A DNA stretch of 64,000 nt from Fibrobacterales bacterium (GTDB taxonomy: Bacteria > Fibrobacterota > Fibrobacteria > Fibrobacterales > JAOPTW01): NCBI GenBank assembly GCA_051532055.1, contig JAOPTX010000007.1, positions 160,001-224,000 of the forward strand. Direction: 5' to 3'. A model generated the notes under the pieces. The model saw only the letters and a program-made list of their open reading frames with translations. It was not told the DNA's origin and did not search any database. Position numbers and translations under genes: made by a program. Positions 45,991 to 56,222 of this stretch are shown here, piece by piece. The first letter of the stretch is position 1. The number at the start of each line of letters is the position of its first letter.

Positions 45991-47019
45991 TTAATCCTCA
46001 GTCTCATCAGGAAATTGTTCACGTAATTTATACAAACAATCTTGGAGTGAAGAACGAATCTCACCCACAGTTTTTTTCATAACCATACTTGCTGTTTGTT
46101 CAGGTTCTTCATTGCGAAGTCCTTGACGTATTTTGCCATAGATCATATCATAGAGCTTATTGATCCGACTCTTCCAGTCACCGGTATAACTCCACTTCAC
46201 TTTCAGCAAATTCATATCTGACTTTTTCCATAATTTAACTGCTGTAGGAAAGGCAATATCAAGGATTGCCGAAATCAAAACAATATTTGGGTCATTAAAC
46301 CCATTCTTCCGTTCACCAGAGTTTATATAAAACTCACATTCATCGCGGGTAAAGTATTTTTCAAGTAGGCCAAGCGCTTCCGCAGTCTCTTCCACATCAC
46401 TTGAAAACACAGTAAAACCAGCGTCACAGTTACTATCCCAATCATTGGCAAAACGGGGTAACAATATACCCAGTTGTTGATGCATCAATTTAAAATGAGT
46501 AAACAAACAGAATCTTCCATCAACAAATCGATCGAGGGTAAAAAACAGTCCATCAAGTTTCACATGCATCGACGAAGGTAAATCCCTCCCATGTTCTTGT
46601 TCATGAGATTTTTGTAGAAAAGCAAGAGCTCCCTTCCAATCAAACTCAGTTCGATCATGTGCGAATGAAGGAGCGCCAATCTCTTCATTACAGATAACAC
46701 ATACTTGAGGTGCTTCTGATGAGATATCAACTGAAAATGAATGACCACACTTCCGGCAGACAATATAAAATGAGTCCATGTTCCTATTGAGAAGCTTTGC
46801 ATCATGCTCTAATCTGAGTGCCGAATTACCCAGTGTGCGATACGCATCATTTATCAAAAGCATTTTACTCGATGCAATTTGCTTAATCTCAACACCCAGT
46901 GTTGCAACTTTGTCAGGGTGATACTGTTTGCTTTTATTTCGATAAGCTGTATGTATCTCATCCTGAATAGCATCAGACGCTATTCCCAATAGTTTATAGT
47001 AATCTACCATAGTACTCAC
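45991..47019 (-). CDS. J-domain protein with zinc ribbon and unknown C-terminal domain
   Basis: DYYKLLG, AYR.....HPDK, IN.AY..L; CRKC...CVIC; GTG start overlaps the galE stop (ATG 47010 is an alternative). Confidence 0.75.
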   Translation of the reverse strand: MSTMVDYYKLLGIASDAIQDEIHTAYRNKSKQYHPDKVATLGVEIKQIASSKMLLINDAYRTLGNSALRLEHDAKLLNRNMDSFYIVCRKCGHSFSVDISSEAPQVCVICNEEIGAPSFAHDRTEFDWKGALAFLQKSHEQEHGRDLPSSMHVKLDGLFFTLDRFVDGRFCLFTHFKLMHQQLGILLPRFANDWDSNCDAGFTVFSSDVEETAEALGLLEKYFTRDECEFYINSGERKNGFNDPNIVLISAILDIAFPTAVKLWKKSDMNLLKVKWSYTGDWKSRINKLYDMIYGKIRQGLRNEEPEQTASMVMKKTVGEIRSSLQDCLYKLREQFPDETED

Positions 47020-48008
47020 GTATTTTTTACCACTCCATTTGCCAAGTATGCATTCCAAGTAGATTCTAAAAGAGTCTTCACATCACTACACTCTGCCTTC
47101 CAACCAAGAAGATCAAATGCTTTCTGAGACGAAGCATACAGATCTGCAGGGTCGCCCGCGCGCCTTCCCACAATATCATAAGCAATATCTCGGCCTGTAA
47201 TCTCTTTTGCGGTATTGATCATCTCAAGTACACTGACACCATTTCCAGTACCTAAATTTACCGTCAAACTTTTATTCTCTTTTTCAATATATTGAAGACT
47301 CATAACATGGGCACGAGCTAGGTCTGTTACATGGATATAATCACGAACACCAGTCCCATCAACCGTATCATAGTCATCACCAAATACCATTAATTTCTCA
47401 CGCATACCCGCTGCAGCCTCCATCACCACAGGGAGTAAATTTGCGGGTCCTTTTTCAAGACCACTACATTCACCGGTCACATCATATCCTGCGGCATTAA
47501 AATAGCGGAGTGCTGCAAACCTCACCCCTTTAAGTTCGTCATACCACTTCATGAAACGTTCAATTTCGAGTTTCGTAAAACCGTAATAATTCTCAGGATT
47601 AGTAGGATGATTTTCATCCATAGGGAGGTACTCAGGTGCACCATAAGTCGCTGCTGAAGATGAGAAAACAATCGCCTTAATACCACATTCAGAACAAGCA
47701 TTTAAAATATTGACTGAACCTGTAATATTATTCACTGAATATTTTTCCGGAGCCTCCATTGACTCACCAGCAGCTTTCAATGCTGCAAGATGTATCACTG
47801 CATCAATTTTTTTACTCTTCATTGTCTCAACGAGTGTATCATAATCAAGAATATCAGCTTCAACGAGAGTTGAGTCACGAAGAATATTTGACTTAAAACC
47901 CGATGATAAATTGTCGTATACTACAACGTTATATTCATTATCAAGAAGTTCTTTTGAAACATGTGAGCCAATATATCCTGCTCCGCCAATTACTAATACG
48001 TTTTTCAT
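47016..48008 (-). CDS. galE: UDP-glucose 4-epimerase
   Basis: GGAGYIGSH, HLAALKA.GES, FSSSAATYG, YGFTK, LRYFN, DGTGVRDYIHV.DLA, RRAGDP. Confidence 0.95.
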   Translation of the reverse strand: MKNVLVIGGAGYIGSHVSKELLDNEYNVVVYDNLSSGFKSNILRDSTLVEADILDYDTLVETMKSKKIDAVIHLAALKAAGESMEAPEKYSVNNITGSVNILNACSECGIKAIVFSSSAATYGAPEYLPMDENHPTNPENYYGFTKLEIERFMKWYDELKGVRFAALRYFNAAGYDVTGECSGLEKGPANLLPVVMEAAAGMREKLMVFGDDYDTVDGTGVRDYIHVTDLARAHVMSLQYIEKENKSLTVNLGTGNGVSVLEMINTAKEITGRDIAYDIVGRRAGDPADLYASSQKAFDLLGWKAECSDVKTLLESTWNAYLANGVVKNT

Positions 48009-48071
48009 CACTTACCTTATTGAGAGTAAGTTATACGCTATGTTACTTACCCATTTGGTTACATTTATACT

Positions 48072-49199
48072 ATGCAGTGTCCAAAATGTCATACTCAACA
48101 AACACAGAAGAGTCAAACCTGCTCATGCTGTGGTGCTCCACTCAATCCCTATCGTACCCTCATTGGGATAGTGGGGTTGGTAATTGCACTTGTCACCGCA
48201 CTCTTTCTCTTAAATATGCATAATTCTATAGAGGAATACCCCAAATTTGCCCAAAAATTGCCTGATTCGGCAACAATTGACACAATTGATATGCACCAAG
48301 AGAGCATGACCAGGCTCTGGAATGCAGGAAATTATGAAGAAGCTTTTCAGCATGCACTCGCGGTACATCGTCACGATTCACTCAATGCTACTTCTCGCTA
48401 CATTCAAGCACTTTTTTGGTTTAAAACAGGGAATATTGATCGTTCCCTCAGAATATTCTCAACCATACAATCCGATACTATCTATAGTGACAATGCGCTC
48501 ACTTGGATCAATAAAATTAAACTTAAACAGGCTGAACGTGACAGACTCAGCCACTGTGCCTCTGAACATTTCTTTATCCGTTATGAGGGGTCAACTGCTT
48601 TTACCTATTGTGACACCCTTATCATTCTTTTTGAAAAGGCAGCAGCAACCCTTTCACAGGCCCTCAACTATTACCCTATGGATCCCTTTGAAGTGGTACT
48701 CTTTAATGATCCTATATTTAAAGGGCTGCACACTATTCCCGAGTGGGCTGCCGCTCACTTTGATGGAACCATTCGAATCCCCATCCAATCTCTCAATACC
48801 TATCCATCACTCAATACATTAGTCACTCACGAACTCACCCATGCTTATCTTTCACATATAAACCCTCTTATTCCCTCATGGATTCACGAAGGAACGGCTC
48901 AATATTTTGATCAATCCGAGAGAGACTCAACAGTATTGACCACAATGACTTGGCCCACACCATCTACGATACAATTCTCATTTTCTACAGTGACTAAACA
49001 TTCACCCATCTCCCTTCGGTACCACATCGCGGCCCAATTAATCACCACACTTTTTATTGACAACCCTATCCAACTCTTTAAGCCATTTCTCAAGGAGTAC
49101 GATAAGGACGCCCCCAATGACGCCCTCAAAAAGCACTATGATATTACCTTTGAAAAGCTATATTCTGTAACACACGCTCGTTGGAGACTTAAAGAATGA
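48072..49199 (+). CDS. Membrane-anchored zincin metallopeptidase (MA-like) with zinc ribbon and TPR-like region
   Basis: CPKC...CSCCG, one TM, TPR-like helices, HELTH...P.WIHEG.A. Confidence 0.72.
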   Translation: MQCPKCHTQQTQKSQTCSCCGAPLNPYRTLIGIVGLVIALVTALFLLNMHNSIEEYPKFAQKLPDSATIDTIDMHQESMTRLWNAGNYEEAFQHALAVHRHDSLNATSRYIQALFWFKTGNIDRSLRIFSTIQSDTIYSDNALTWINKIKLKQAERDRLSHCASEHFFIRYEGSTAFTYCDTLIILFEKAAATLSQALNYYPMDPFEVVLFNDPIFKGLHTIPEWAAAHFDGTIRIPIQSLNTYPSLNTLVTHELTHAYLSHINPLIPSWIHEGTAQYFDQSERDSTVLTTMTWPTPSTIQFSFSTVTKHSPISLRYHIAAQLITTLFIDNPIQLFKPFLKEYDKDAPNDALKKHYDITFEKLYSVTHARWRLKE

Positions 49200-50488
49200 C
49201 TGAAACAACTATTGCAAAACTTCCCGAACATATCGACACCGAAATAACATTATTTGGTTGGGCATGGCATCAGCGCGGAAGTGGCAAAGTCCGATTCATA
49301 AAGGTTCGCGATGGAAGCGGCTTTGTTCAAGCTGTCATTGGGAAAGAGGATGTGGGCGAAGCACTTTTTGAAGTTGCACGACATATTTCTCAGGAATCTT
49401 CTATTAAAGTTGTCGCTACTGTCGTTGCAAATGACCGAGACCCTCTTGGTGTTGAACTTCTCGTTTCACATATTGAAGTAATTAGCGAGTCCAAAGACTA
49501 CCCTATTACCCCTAAAGAGCATGGTACCGATTTTTTAATGGACAATCGCCACCTTTGGCTCAGGTCTCCTCGTCAGCATGCCATCCTCCAAGTACGTCAT
49601 CAGATTATCACTTCAATTCGGAGCTATTTTGATACTGATGGATTCACCTTAGTTGATGCCCCTATTTTCACTCCAAATGCCTGTGAAGGAACCAGTACAC
49701 TCTTCGAAACTGACTATTTTGGACAATCAGCCTACCTCTCTCAGAGCGGACAACTCTACATGGAAGCTGCAGCAATGGCAGTGGGAAAAGCTTATTGCCT
49801 TGGCCCAACCTTTAGAGCAGAAAATTCAAATACACGTCGTCACCTCACTGAATTCTGGATGGTTGAACCTGAAGTTGCCCATCTCGAGCTTGATGGCGAT
49901 ATGGATCTAGCTGAAGGTCTTTTACAAAAAATCATTACTGATGTTTTAGCCAACTGTGCCATCCAACTTGACACTCTTAAGCGAGACACTGATCTACTTA
50001 AAAAGAGCCTCACCCCCTTTGCCCGTATCTCCTACGACGATGCAGTCGCCATTTTAAAAGCAGAAGGGATCGATTTTACTTGGGGCGCTGATTTTGGTGG
50101 CGGTGATGAAACTGTTATCTCAAGTAAATTTGACACTCCTGTCATTGTACACCGCTACCCTGTGGACATCAAACCATTTTATATGAAAAAAGACCCTGAG
50201 AACTCTAAAGTATGCCTTAATATGGATATCCTTGCGCCAGAAGGATATGGTGAAATTATCGGAGGTAGTGAACGTGAAGCATCTCTCGATGTACTTCTTG
50301 AAGGTATCAAAAAACATGATCTTGATCCTCAACTATTTGACTGGTATCTTGACCTCCGGAAATATGGTTCAGTCCCTCATGCCGGATTTGGCTTAGGAAT
50401 TGAGCGTACCGTCGCATGGGTATGTGGCCTTTCTCATGTGAGAGAAACCATCCCCTTTCCTCGACTACCTCGAAGAATTCGCCCTTAA
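49196..50488 (+). CDS. asnS: Asparagine--tRNA ligase
   Basis: RDGSG.VQ, RHLWLR, CEGTSTLF, YLSQSGQLY.E, FRAE.S.TRRHL.EFWMVEPE, GEIIGGS.RE, PHAGFGLG.ER. Confidence 0.95.
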   Translation: MTETTIAKLPEHIDTEITLFGWAWHQRGSGKVRFIKVRDGSGFVQAVIGKEDVGEALFEVARHISQESSIKVVATVVANDRDPLGVELLVSHIEVISESKDYPITPKEHGTDFLMDNRHLWLRSPRQHAILQVRHQIITSIRSYFDTDGFTLVDAPIFTPNACEGTSTLFETDYFGQSAYLSQSGQLYMEAAAMAVGKAYCLGPTFRAENSNTRRHLTEFWMVEPEVAHLELDGDMDLAEGLLQKIITDVLANCAIQLDTLKRDTDLLKKSLTPFARISYDDAVAILKAEGIDFTWGADFGGGDETVISSKFDTPVIVHRYPVDIKPFYMKKDPENSKVCLNMDILAPEGYGEIIGGSEREASLDVLLEGIKKHDLDPQLFDWYLDLRKYGSVPHAGFGLGIERTVAWVCGLSHVRETIPFPRLPRRIRP

Positions 50489-50602
50489 ATTTCACATAAA
50501 AGTGGTTAATGTAAGCCATTTTTGAGCAATACAAGGCAATTAATAGCCTCTTTTCATTCATTTTGTTATTTTATATCCAACAGAATAACCATGGTAAATC
50601 CA

Positions 50603-51130
50603 ATGAAATTTATTGTACTCCTTATTGCGGCACTCCTTACAACTACCGTGAGTGCACAACGTCTCCCTGTAGAAGTTACTGGACCTATTCCAGAAATTGA
50701 TAAAAACGGCATTGAGCAGGTAATGAATTTTAAAGTACCCCTTGCAGGTATTTCCGATCAAGGTCTCAAATTTGATACCTTCAAAAACCGCCCTCTCTTT
50801 ATCTTCTACTTCTCAGCAAAATGTCCTCACTGTGTTAAAACATTCCCAAAAATTCAAAAAGTTTCTGACGAGTTTACCGCTAAAGGCCTTACTACTATTG
50901 CTGTAGCCGTATCGGGTAATAAAAAGTCAGACATTAGATCATTCATGAGAGATGTTGGTGTACGCGTTCCTATGCTCCAAGATAAAGATCGTAAATTTTC
51001 TGATGCTTATGGAACAGGAAGTGTTCCTCTTGGTGTATTGGTACTCCCTGATGGACACTATATCCGCTACAAAAATATGGGCGCTGAAATCGAGCATTTG
51101 AAAAACAAACTCAACGACATTTTGAAATAA
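50603..51130 (+). CDS. Exported redoxin / TlpA-like thioredoxin-fold protein
   Basis: Signal peptide, FYFSAKCPHC (CxxC), YG.GSVP; start could be 50591. Confidence 0.78.
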   Translation: MKFIVLLIAALLTTTVSAQRLPVEVTGPIPEIDKNGIEQVMNFKVPLAGISDQGLKFDTFKNRPLFIFYFSAKCPHCVKTFPKIQKVSDEFTAKGLTTIAVAVSGNKKSDIRSFMRDVGVRVPMLQDKDRKFSDAYGTGSVPLGVLVLPDGHYIRYKNMGAEIEHLKNKLNDILK

Positions 51131-51151
51131 CACTCCCACGAATTTTATCAT

Positions 51152-51181
51152 AAAATGCTGCTCTCAAAGGCGGCATTTTTT
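51152..51181 (+). terminator. Intrinsic terminator
   Basis: AAAATGCTGCT-CTCAAA-GGCGGCATTTTTT. Confidence 0.7.
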
Positions 51182-51194
51182 GTACCTGCACTTT

Positions 51195-52193
51195 ATGATC
51201 GTCAATACAACATTTACTAATCGAGTTTATCAACACCACCGTGGACTCTCCTTTGTCGAGATGCTCACCCTCCGTTTTACCTATCGAGATCGCGAATCAT
51301 GGCTCGCACTGATACATGACGAAATCGTTCTTCTCAATAACATACCTACCTCTCCCGACGCTATCGTTGCAACCGACGACTCGATCACCTACATTGTAAA
51401 AGACTACAATGAACCTGACGTCCCCACTGATTATGAAAAAATTTATGAAAATAATGATGTTGTACTTGTATGCAAGCCGCCGCAAGTACCCGTTCAACAA
51501 ACCGGACGTATTATCTATAATACCATGACTAATATATTGAGAAGGGATTTATCTAACAATGCAATTGTTCCCTTTCATCGCATAGATAGAGAAACCAGTG
51601 GCCTTATTCTTTTTGCCAAAAACAACCCTTTTTGTAAAGCACATCAAAAACATTTGAGTTCAATTCTCCACCGAAAATTTTATCTTGCCCTTGTTTCTGG
51701 CTCTATTAACTACACTCATGAAAATATTTCACTTCCCCTGGGAATGCGTACCGATTCACCTATTCGCACCAAGATGTATCCCAATAGCGGCAAACAACAG
51801 ATATCAGAAAGCACCTTTCACACCATTGCTCAATCTGATACCCACTCGTTACTTCTCGTTGAAATTAAGACAGGGAGAAAGCATCAAATCAGAGCACAAT
51901 GTGAATATCTTGGGCATTCTATAATTGGTGATAAAATATATTCACACAATGGATCGTACTATCTCAATTATGTAAATCGTGACTTAGAACAAGACGAGAT
52001 AGAGACCCTGGGAAGTAGCAGACTCTTACTCCATTCATTTGCACTCGATCTCCATCTACCTTATCTCGAACCACAACTTTTCACCTCTACTAAAACCTGC
52101 AGTGAATTTGAAAAGTACTGTGATTCATTTAATAACTGGAAAGAGATCGCAACACAACGAGTCTTAGAGTTGTGTTCAGATAACGAGTGTTGA
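51195..52193 (+). CDS. RluA/RluD family pseudouridine synthase
   Basis: S4-like N-terminus, V.KP, HRIDRETSG, K.YLALV.G, TGRKHQIR, IIGDKIY, LLHS. Confidence 0.9.
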   Translation: MIVNTTFTNRVYQHHRGLSFVEMLTLRFTYRDRESWLALIHDEIVLLNNIPTSPDAIVATDDSITYIVKDYNEPDVPTDYEKIYENNDVVLVCKPPQVPVQQTGRIIYNTMTNILRRDLSNNAIVPFHRIDRETSGLILFAKNNPFCKAHQKHLSSILHRKFYLALVSGSINYTHENISLPLGMRTDSPIRTKMYPNSGKQQISESTFHTIAQSDTHSLLLVEIKTGRKHQIRAQCEYLGHSIIGDKIYSHNGSYYLNYVNRDLEQDEIETLGSSRLLLHSFALDLHLPYLEPQLFTSTKTCSEFEKYCDSFNNWKEIATQRVLELCSDNEC

Positions 52194-52194
52194 T

Positions 52195-54027
52195 CTATTT
52201 TTTAAAATTGCCTTCATCTGTTATGAGATAATACCCCGGCTCATCAATCTCAATTGATTGAACGTCACCCTTATCAAATTGATAACCACGCATTTTTACC
52301 GATTCAGGTGCAATAGCACATTCTGAGTCAGAAAGAGAACGTATTGAATACCCATTATTTGAAATAGTCAAATCTTTTATCTCAACCTCAGCGCCTTCTA
52401 CTGCGCGCACTACTAACGCCGCACCACTCTCAATTGTTACATTATCAAGCGTCACTCCACTTCCCTCGACCACGAGGGTTGCATCCGAAGCGATAGTACA
52501 CTGCTTAAACTTTTTAACAACCTCACTGACGGAAAGTGCAGTAGACGGTTTAATAACAACTTGTGGCCCCTGATAAGGAAGCCCTAAAAACAGTTGCACC
52601 ATGCCCTTCTCCGCTGAGGAGCCAGCAAAGCGAAGTTTTTCACTGTTGCCTACATAATAATCACGTTCTGCAGTTGAAGCACATTCTGGATTACTCCCTC
52701 CATCAAACTTAGCTGCAGCGTCTTGTGCATTATTTTTATTACCACTAAAACTCCACGCTCTATCAAAAAGAGTCACACCAGCTTTGTGCTGGGGTTCAAG
52801 TAACTTAGGATAATCTTGCATCATAGTTTCGAGACGCGTAGGCTTTTTAAAAGTCTCTTTTGACGCATCTGCATATTTAGGATTTACAAATTCTGCAATA
52901 ATGCCTTGAGACTTATCAAGGATTTCAATATAACTCGAAAGCTTAATAATAAGTGCATTGGTATTACCCGGATACAGAGACAATCCATTTTCATCTGCTA
53001 CATCGCCTTCTGGGCTAATAGTAGCTCTCAAAAGGGGGTCAAGTTGATTGTACTCAACATTAAGAGAAAGTGAGTGGTCGCCTTTTACCAATTTAGTTAA
53101 TGCACCAACAGCCTCTCCAGGAATCCTTGTTGCCCCAGCGATATTAAAATCATAATCATGCTTTATTGAGGCGCCTAAAAAAGCAGGTGCCGCATTCATT
53201 ATTTGACCATTGGTATCTTGAATAAAGAGGAGATACTCTGTCCCTCCTCCATGGAGTTTCTTTGCCAGACCACTACTGTGAATGAGCATATGTACATCAC
53301 CATGACCATGAGGCTTCATATCAAGGTCATACCGCTCATTCAACGCAAGACCCCCATCATTATTTACAATGGCAGGGACAAGTTCTTGCATGAGCAAATG
53401 TATCTGTTCCTGCTTAAGGCCAAAATAATTATGTCGTTCTAACGATGCGACAGTCTGTTCATGAGTATCTTTTGAAGTCATGATTATAAAAGGTATTGAA
53501 CACACCTCTACAGAACGTTGTTCCATTGCTTTAATCGTTTCACAATAATACTGGAGATACGTCTGACCCGTGATTCCCTCAAAAGGAATATCAATCTTAA
53601 TTCCACCGTATCCTAAGCGCTCTCCAAGACCTCCAGCAACCAGCACAAAGCCCACTTTATCATATGCCGATTCAGCATATGATTCATATTCAAGATATGT
53701 CTCATTAAGTTCTCTAAGATCTACTCCATCAGGTTTTTCGGGTACATACCCTTCAAATGGGTTTGCACCACTTTTAGATGCGGCCAATAATCGCTGAGCA
53801 TTAGCAATATACTGAGTAAGGCCACCTGAATATGAGCCATTAACTCGTACCAATGTCTGTATAAAAGCTTTTTTCTTGTCGTCGCTTATACCCAAATCAT
53901 CCCAATCGGAAAAAAGGTGCACATTGCTATTACTACAAAGAAAAGCGATCAAATCCAACTCACTCTTGCTAAAGAGTGAAGCGTTAGTACCAAGTACCGT
54001 TGTAGCAATAGTGTTGTCTGACGACAT
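52195..54027 (-). CDS. UDP-sugar pyrophosphorylase (USP; plant/trypanosomatid type)
   Basis: FVLVAGGLGERLGY.GIK, IMTS.DT, KPHGHGDVH, QDTN, NVEYNQLDPLLR, PGNTN, EFVNPKY, TRLETMMQDYP; C-terminal beta-helix-like repeats. Confidence 0.85.
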   Translation of the reverse strand: MSSDNTIATTVLGTNASLFSKSELDLIAFLCSNSNVHLFSDWDDLGISDDKKKAFIQTLVRVNGSYSGGLTQYIANAQRLLAASKSGANPFEGYVPEKPDGVDLRELNETYLEYESYAESAYDKVGFVLVAGGLGERLGYGGIKIDIPFEGITGQTYLQYYCETIKAMEQRSVEVCSIPFIIMTSKDTHEQTVASLERHNYFGLKQEQIHLLMQELVPAIVNNDGGLALNERYDLDMKPHGHGDVHMLIHSSGLAKKLHGGGTEYLLFIQDTNGQIMNAAPAFLGASIKHDYDFNIAGATRIPGEAVGALTKLVKGDHSLSLNVEYNQLDPLLRATISPEGDVADENGLSLYPGNTNALIIKLSSYIEILDKSQGIIAEFVNPKYADASKETFKKPTRLETMMQDYPKLLEPQHKAGVTLFDRAWSFSGNKNNAQDAAAKFDGGSNPECASTAERDYYVGNSEKLRFAGSSAEKGMVQLFLGLPYQGPQVVIKPSTALSVSEVVKKFKQCTIASDATLVVEGSGVTLDNVTIESGAALVVRAVEGAEVEIKDLTISNNGYSIRSLSDSECAIAPESVKMRGYQFDKGDVQSIEIDEPGYYLITDEGNFKK

Positions 54028-54212
54028 AAGGTTCCTCACTACTCAAAATGAGCTTCTGGGACTGTATATTAGCGAATAGGAGAAATATAGTTCTCCTCAC
54101 TCCAAGAGACAAGAAGAGTTGCCGATGAAAAGGACTTTTTACAATGAGAATTACAGAGTTTGGCTTCCTGGAAACGTGTAAACAACTAATAATATTAAAA
54201 AAGTCCAATCAA

Positions 54213-54701
54213 CTACTTCATAAGCGTATCTACTGCACCGAGAAGCTTTTTCTTATCATCATCTTCAAAACCTTCAACTTTGAGTACCAGCTCACCCTTT
54301 GCATCAAAAATAAAGATCGAGGGAAGTGAAAACACCTCAAGCTCTTCTGCTAACCGGCTTCCTTGCCCTGCAAGAAGAGTCGGGTATTCAATATTATTTT
54401 TGATCATATAACTGATCACTTTATTACGTCTCTTTTTCTCAGTATTAATACCAATTGCCGCAAACGCTTTATTCTCATACTTTTTCTGTAATTCGTTGAG
54501 CACAGGAATCACTTTTTTACAGCTCAAACACCATGTTGCCCAGAAGTCAATTATTAAAACCTTCCCCTCAAACTCCTTTGAAGAGACCACCATATCATCA
54601 ATATCCTTAAAGGCAAACTTCGGCATCATCTGCTTCTCTTGAGCAGACAAAGAGGTCCCTATAAAGAGACAAAACAATAGAACTATTTTAATCACCGACA
54701 A
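54213..54701 (-). CDS. TlpA family thiol-disulfide oxidoreductase
   Basis: Signal peptide, GKVLIIDFWATWCLSC, V.SLP.IFI.D..G. Confidence 0.88.
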   Translation of the reverse strand: MSVIKIVLLFCLFIGTSLSAQEKQMMPKFAFKDIDDMVVSSKEFEGKVLIIDFWATWCLSCKKVIPVLNELQKKYENKAFAAIGINTEKKRRNKVISYMIKNNIEYPTLLAGQGSRLAEELEVFSLPSIFIFDAKGELVLKVEGFEDDDKKKLLGAVDTLMK

Positions 54702-54950
54702 CTCCTTAATCGATAAAATTCAACCTCAATAATATATACTCTATTGCTATTTCTCATTCATAAAGAATTACATATATTGCTGATTTTGGGTACAAAAACG
54801 AACTTGTTACAGCTTGTAATATTAACAAAGCCTAATAGTCATTTCTCTTTTATTACCTGATAATTAGGGCAATATTACTATTATAGGGGTTAACGTGATA
54901 TTCAGGGAGTCTGACTCTCCCGACAGAGTGTAAAGGGTTAAAATTTATCA

Positions 54951-56222
54951 ATGAATGTTACTCCCGAAAGACATACATGTATTCTTGGTATGAATCATTC
55001 AACCGCATCAATTGATAAGCGGGACAGTCTCCTTTTTGCCCAAGGTGAACGTTCAGAAGTACTCGACCGATTTGCCTCAATTACCGGGGTAAAAGAGGTC
55101 ATCCTCATATCCACGTGTAATAGAACTGAAGTCTATGTAATAGTAGACCGCGACCCAAACCTACTCTATGAACGTTTTCTCAACTGTTGGCTCGATTTCA
55201 AATCCCTTGATCGCACCATTTTTGAAGAGTGTTACTATTTTCATGCACACGAAAAAGCTATTGAGCACCTCTTTAGAGTTGCCTGTTCACTGGATAGCCT
55301 TATTGTAGGTGAAGTACAAATTCTTGGCCAAATCAAACAAGCCTACCACTTTTCAAAAGCTGAGAAAACCACTGACCTTTACCTTAATCGTCTCTTCCAG
55401 GAAGCTATTAAAATCGGTAAACGAGCAAGAACTGAGACCGGAATCAGCAAAGGTGCCGTATCTATAAGTTACGCCGCTGTTGAACTTCTCCGTAAAAAAA
55501 TACCGCAATTAAGTTCATCACGAGTCGGTATTATTGGTACAGGCAAAATGGGTGAACTCTCTGTGAAGTCACTCATTGACAATGGAGTTACCTCCATGCA
55601 TTTTATCAATAGAACATACTCCAGGGCAGAAGAAATGGCCGAAGTATACAATGGCCATGCATGGCCATTAGAAGACCTTACAAAAGCTATAAAACACCTC
55701 GACATTGTCATTAGTAGCGTCGGTTCCAAAGAGCCGATTATTACAAATGAAACTATTACCGCAGCCAATCCAGATAAAGAACTGATTATTGTTGATATCG
55801 CTGCACCACGAAACGTTGCTGCAACTGTCAACGACCTTGATGGCATTTCTGTCTATGACATCGATGACCTCAAACTCATAGTTGATGAAAACATTGGCAA
55901 ACGTCAAACTGAAATCGACCAAGTCGAAGTAATCATCCAAGAAGAGCTTGAAGGCTTCTATGCCTGGTATAGTGCTCAAGAGATTGTTCCTGTTCTTAAA
56001 GCAATGCGCCTCCACATTCAGGATATCGCCCACAACGAACTCAAATCACTCGAGAATCAACTCGACGACAAAGAGTACGATGCTGTCAAACAGGCAATCC
56101 ACACCCTCACCAACAAAATCCTCCACACTCCTTCCCGCGCTCTCAAGCAGATGTGCACCGAAGGCCGCACCGAAGAAGCGGCACGCTACGCCAAAGAACT
56201 CTTCGGCCTCAAAGTAGACTAA
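54951..56222 (+). CDS. hemA: Glutamyl-tRNA reductase
   Basis: ISTCNRTE, HLFRVACSLDS.IVGE.QILGQ.K, IIGTGKMG, NRT..RA, DIAAPRNV. Confidence 0.95.
   Translation: MNVTPERHTCILGMNHSTASIDKRDSLLFAQGERSEVLDRFASITGVKEVILISTCNRTEVYVIVDRDPNLLYERFLNCWLDFKSLDRTIFEECYYFHAHEKAIEHLFRVACSLDSLIVGEVQILGQIKQAYHFSKAEKTTDLYLNRLFQEAIKIGKRARTETGISKGAVSISYAAVELLRKKIPQLSSSRVGIIGTGKMGELSVKSLIDNGVTSMHFINRTYSRAEEMAEVYNGHAWPLEDLTKAIKHLDIVISSVGSKEPIITNETITAANPDKELIIVDIAAPRNVAATVNDLDGISVYDIDDLKLIVDENIGKRQTEIDQVEVIIQEELEGFYAWYSAQEIVPVLKAMRLHIQDIAHNELKSLENQLDDKEYDAVKQAIHTLTNKILHTPSRALKQMCTEGRTEEAARYAKELFGLKVD

Noticed and set aside
54804..54830. Rex/FNR-like palindrome upstream of hemA (TTGTTA...TAACAA)
   Set aside because: Half-site spacing matches neither consensus
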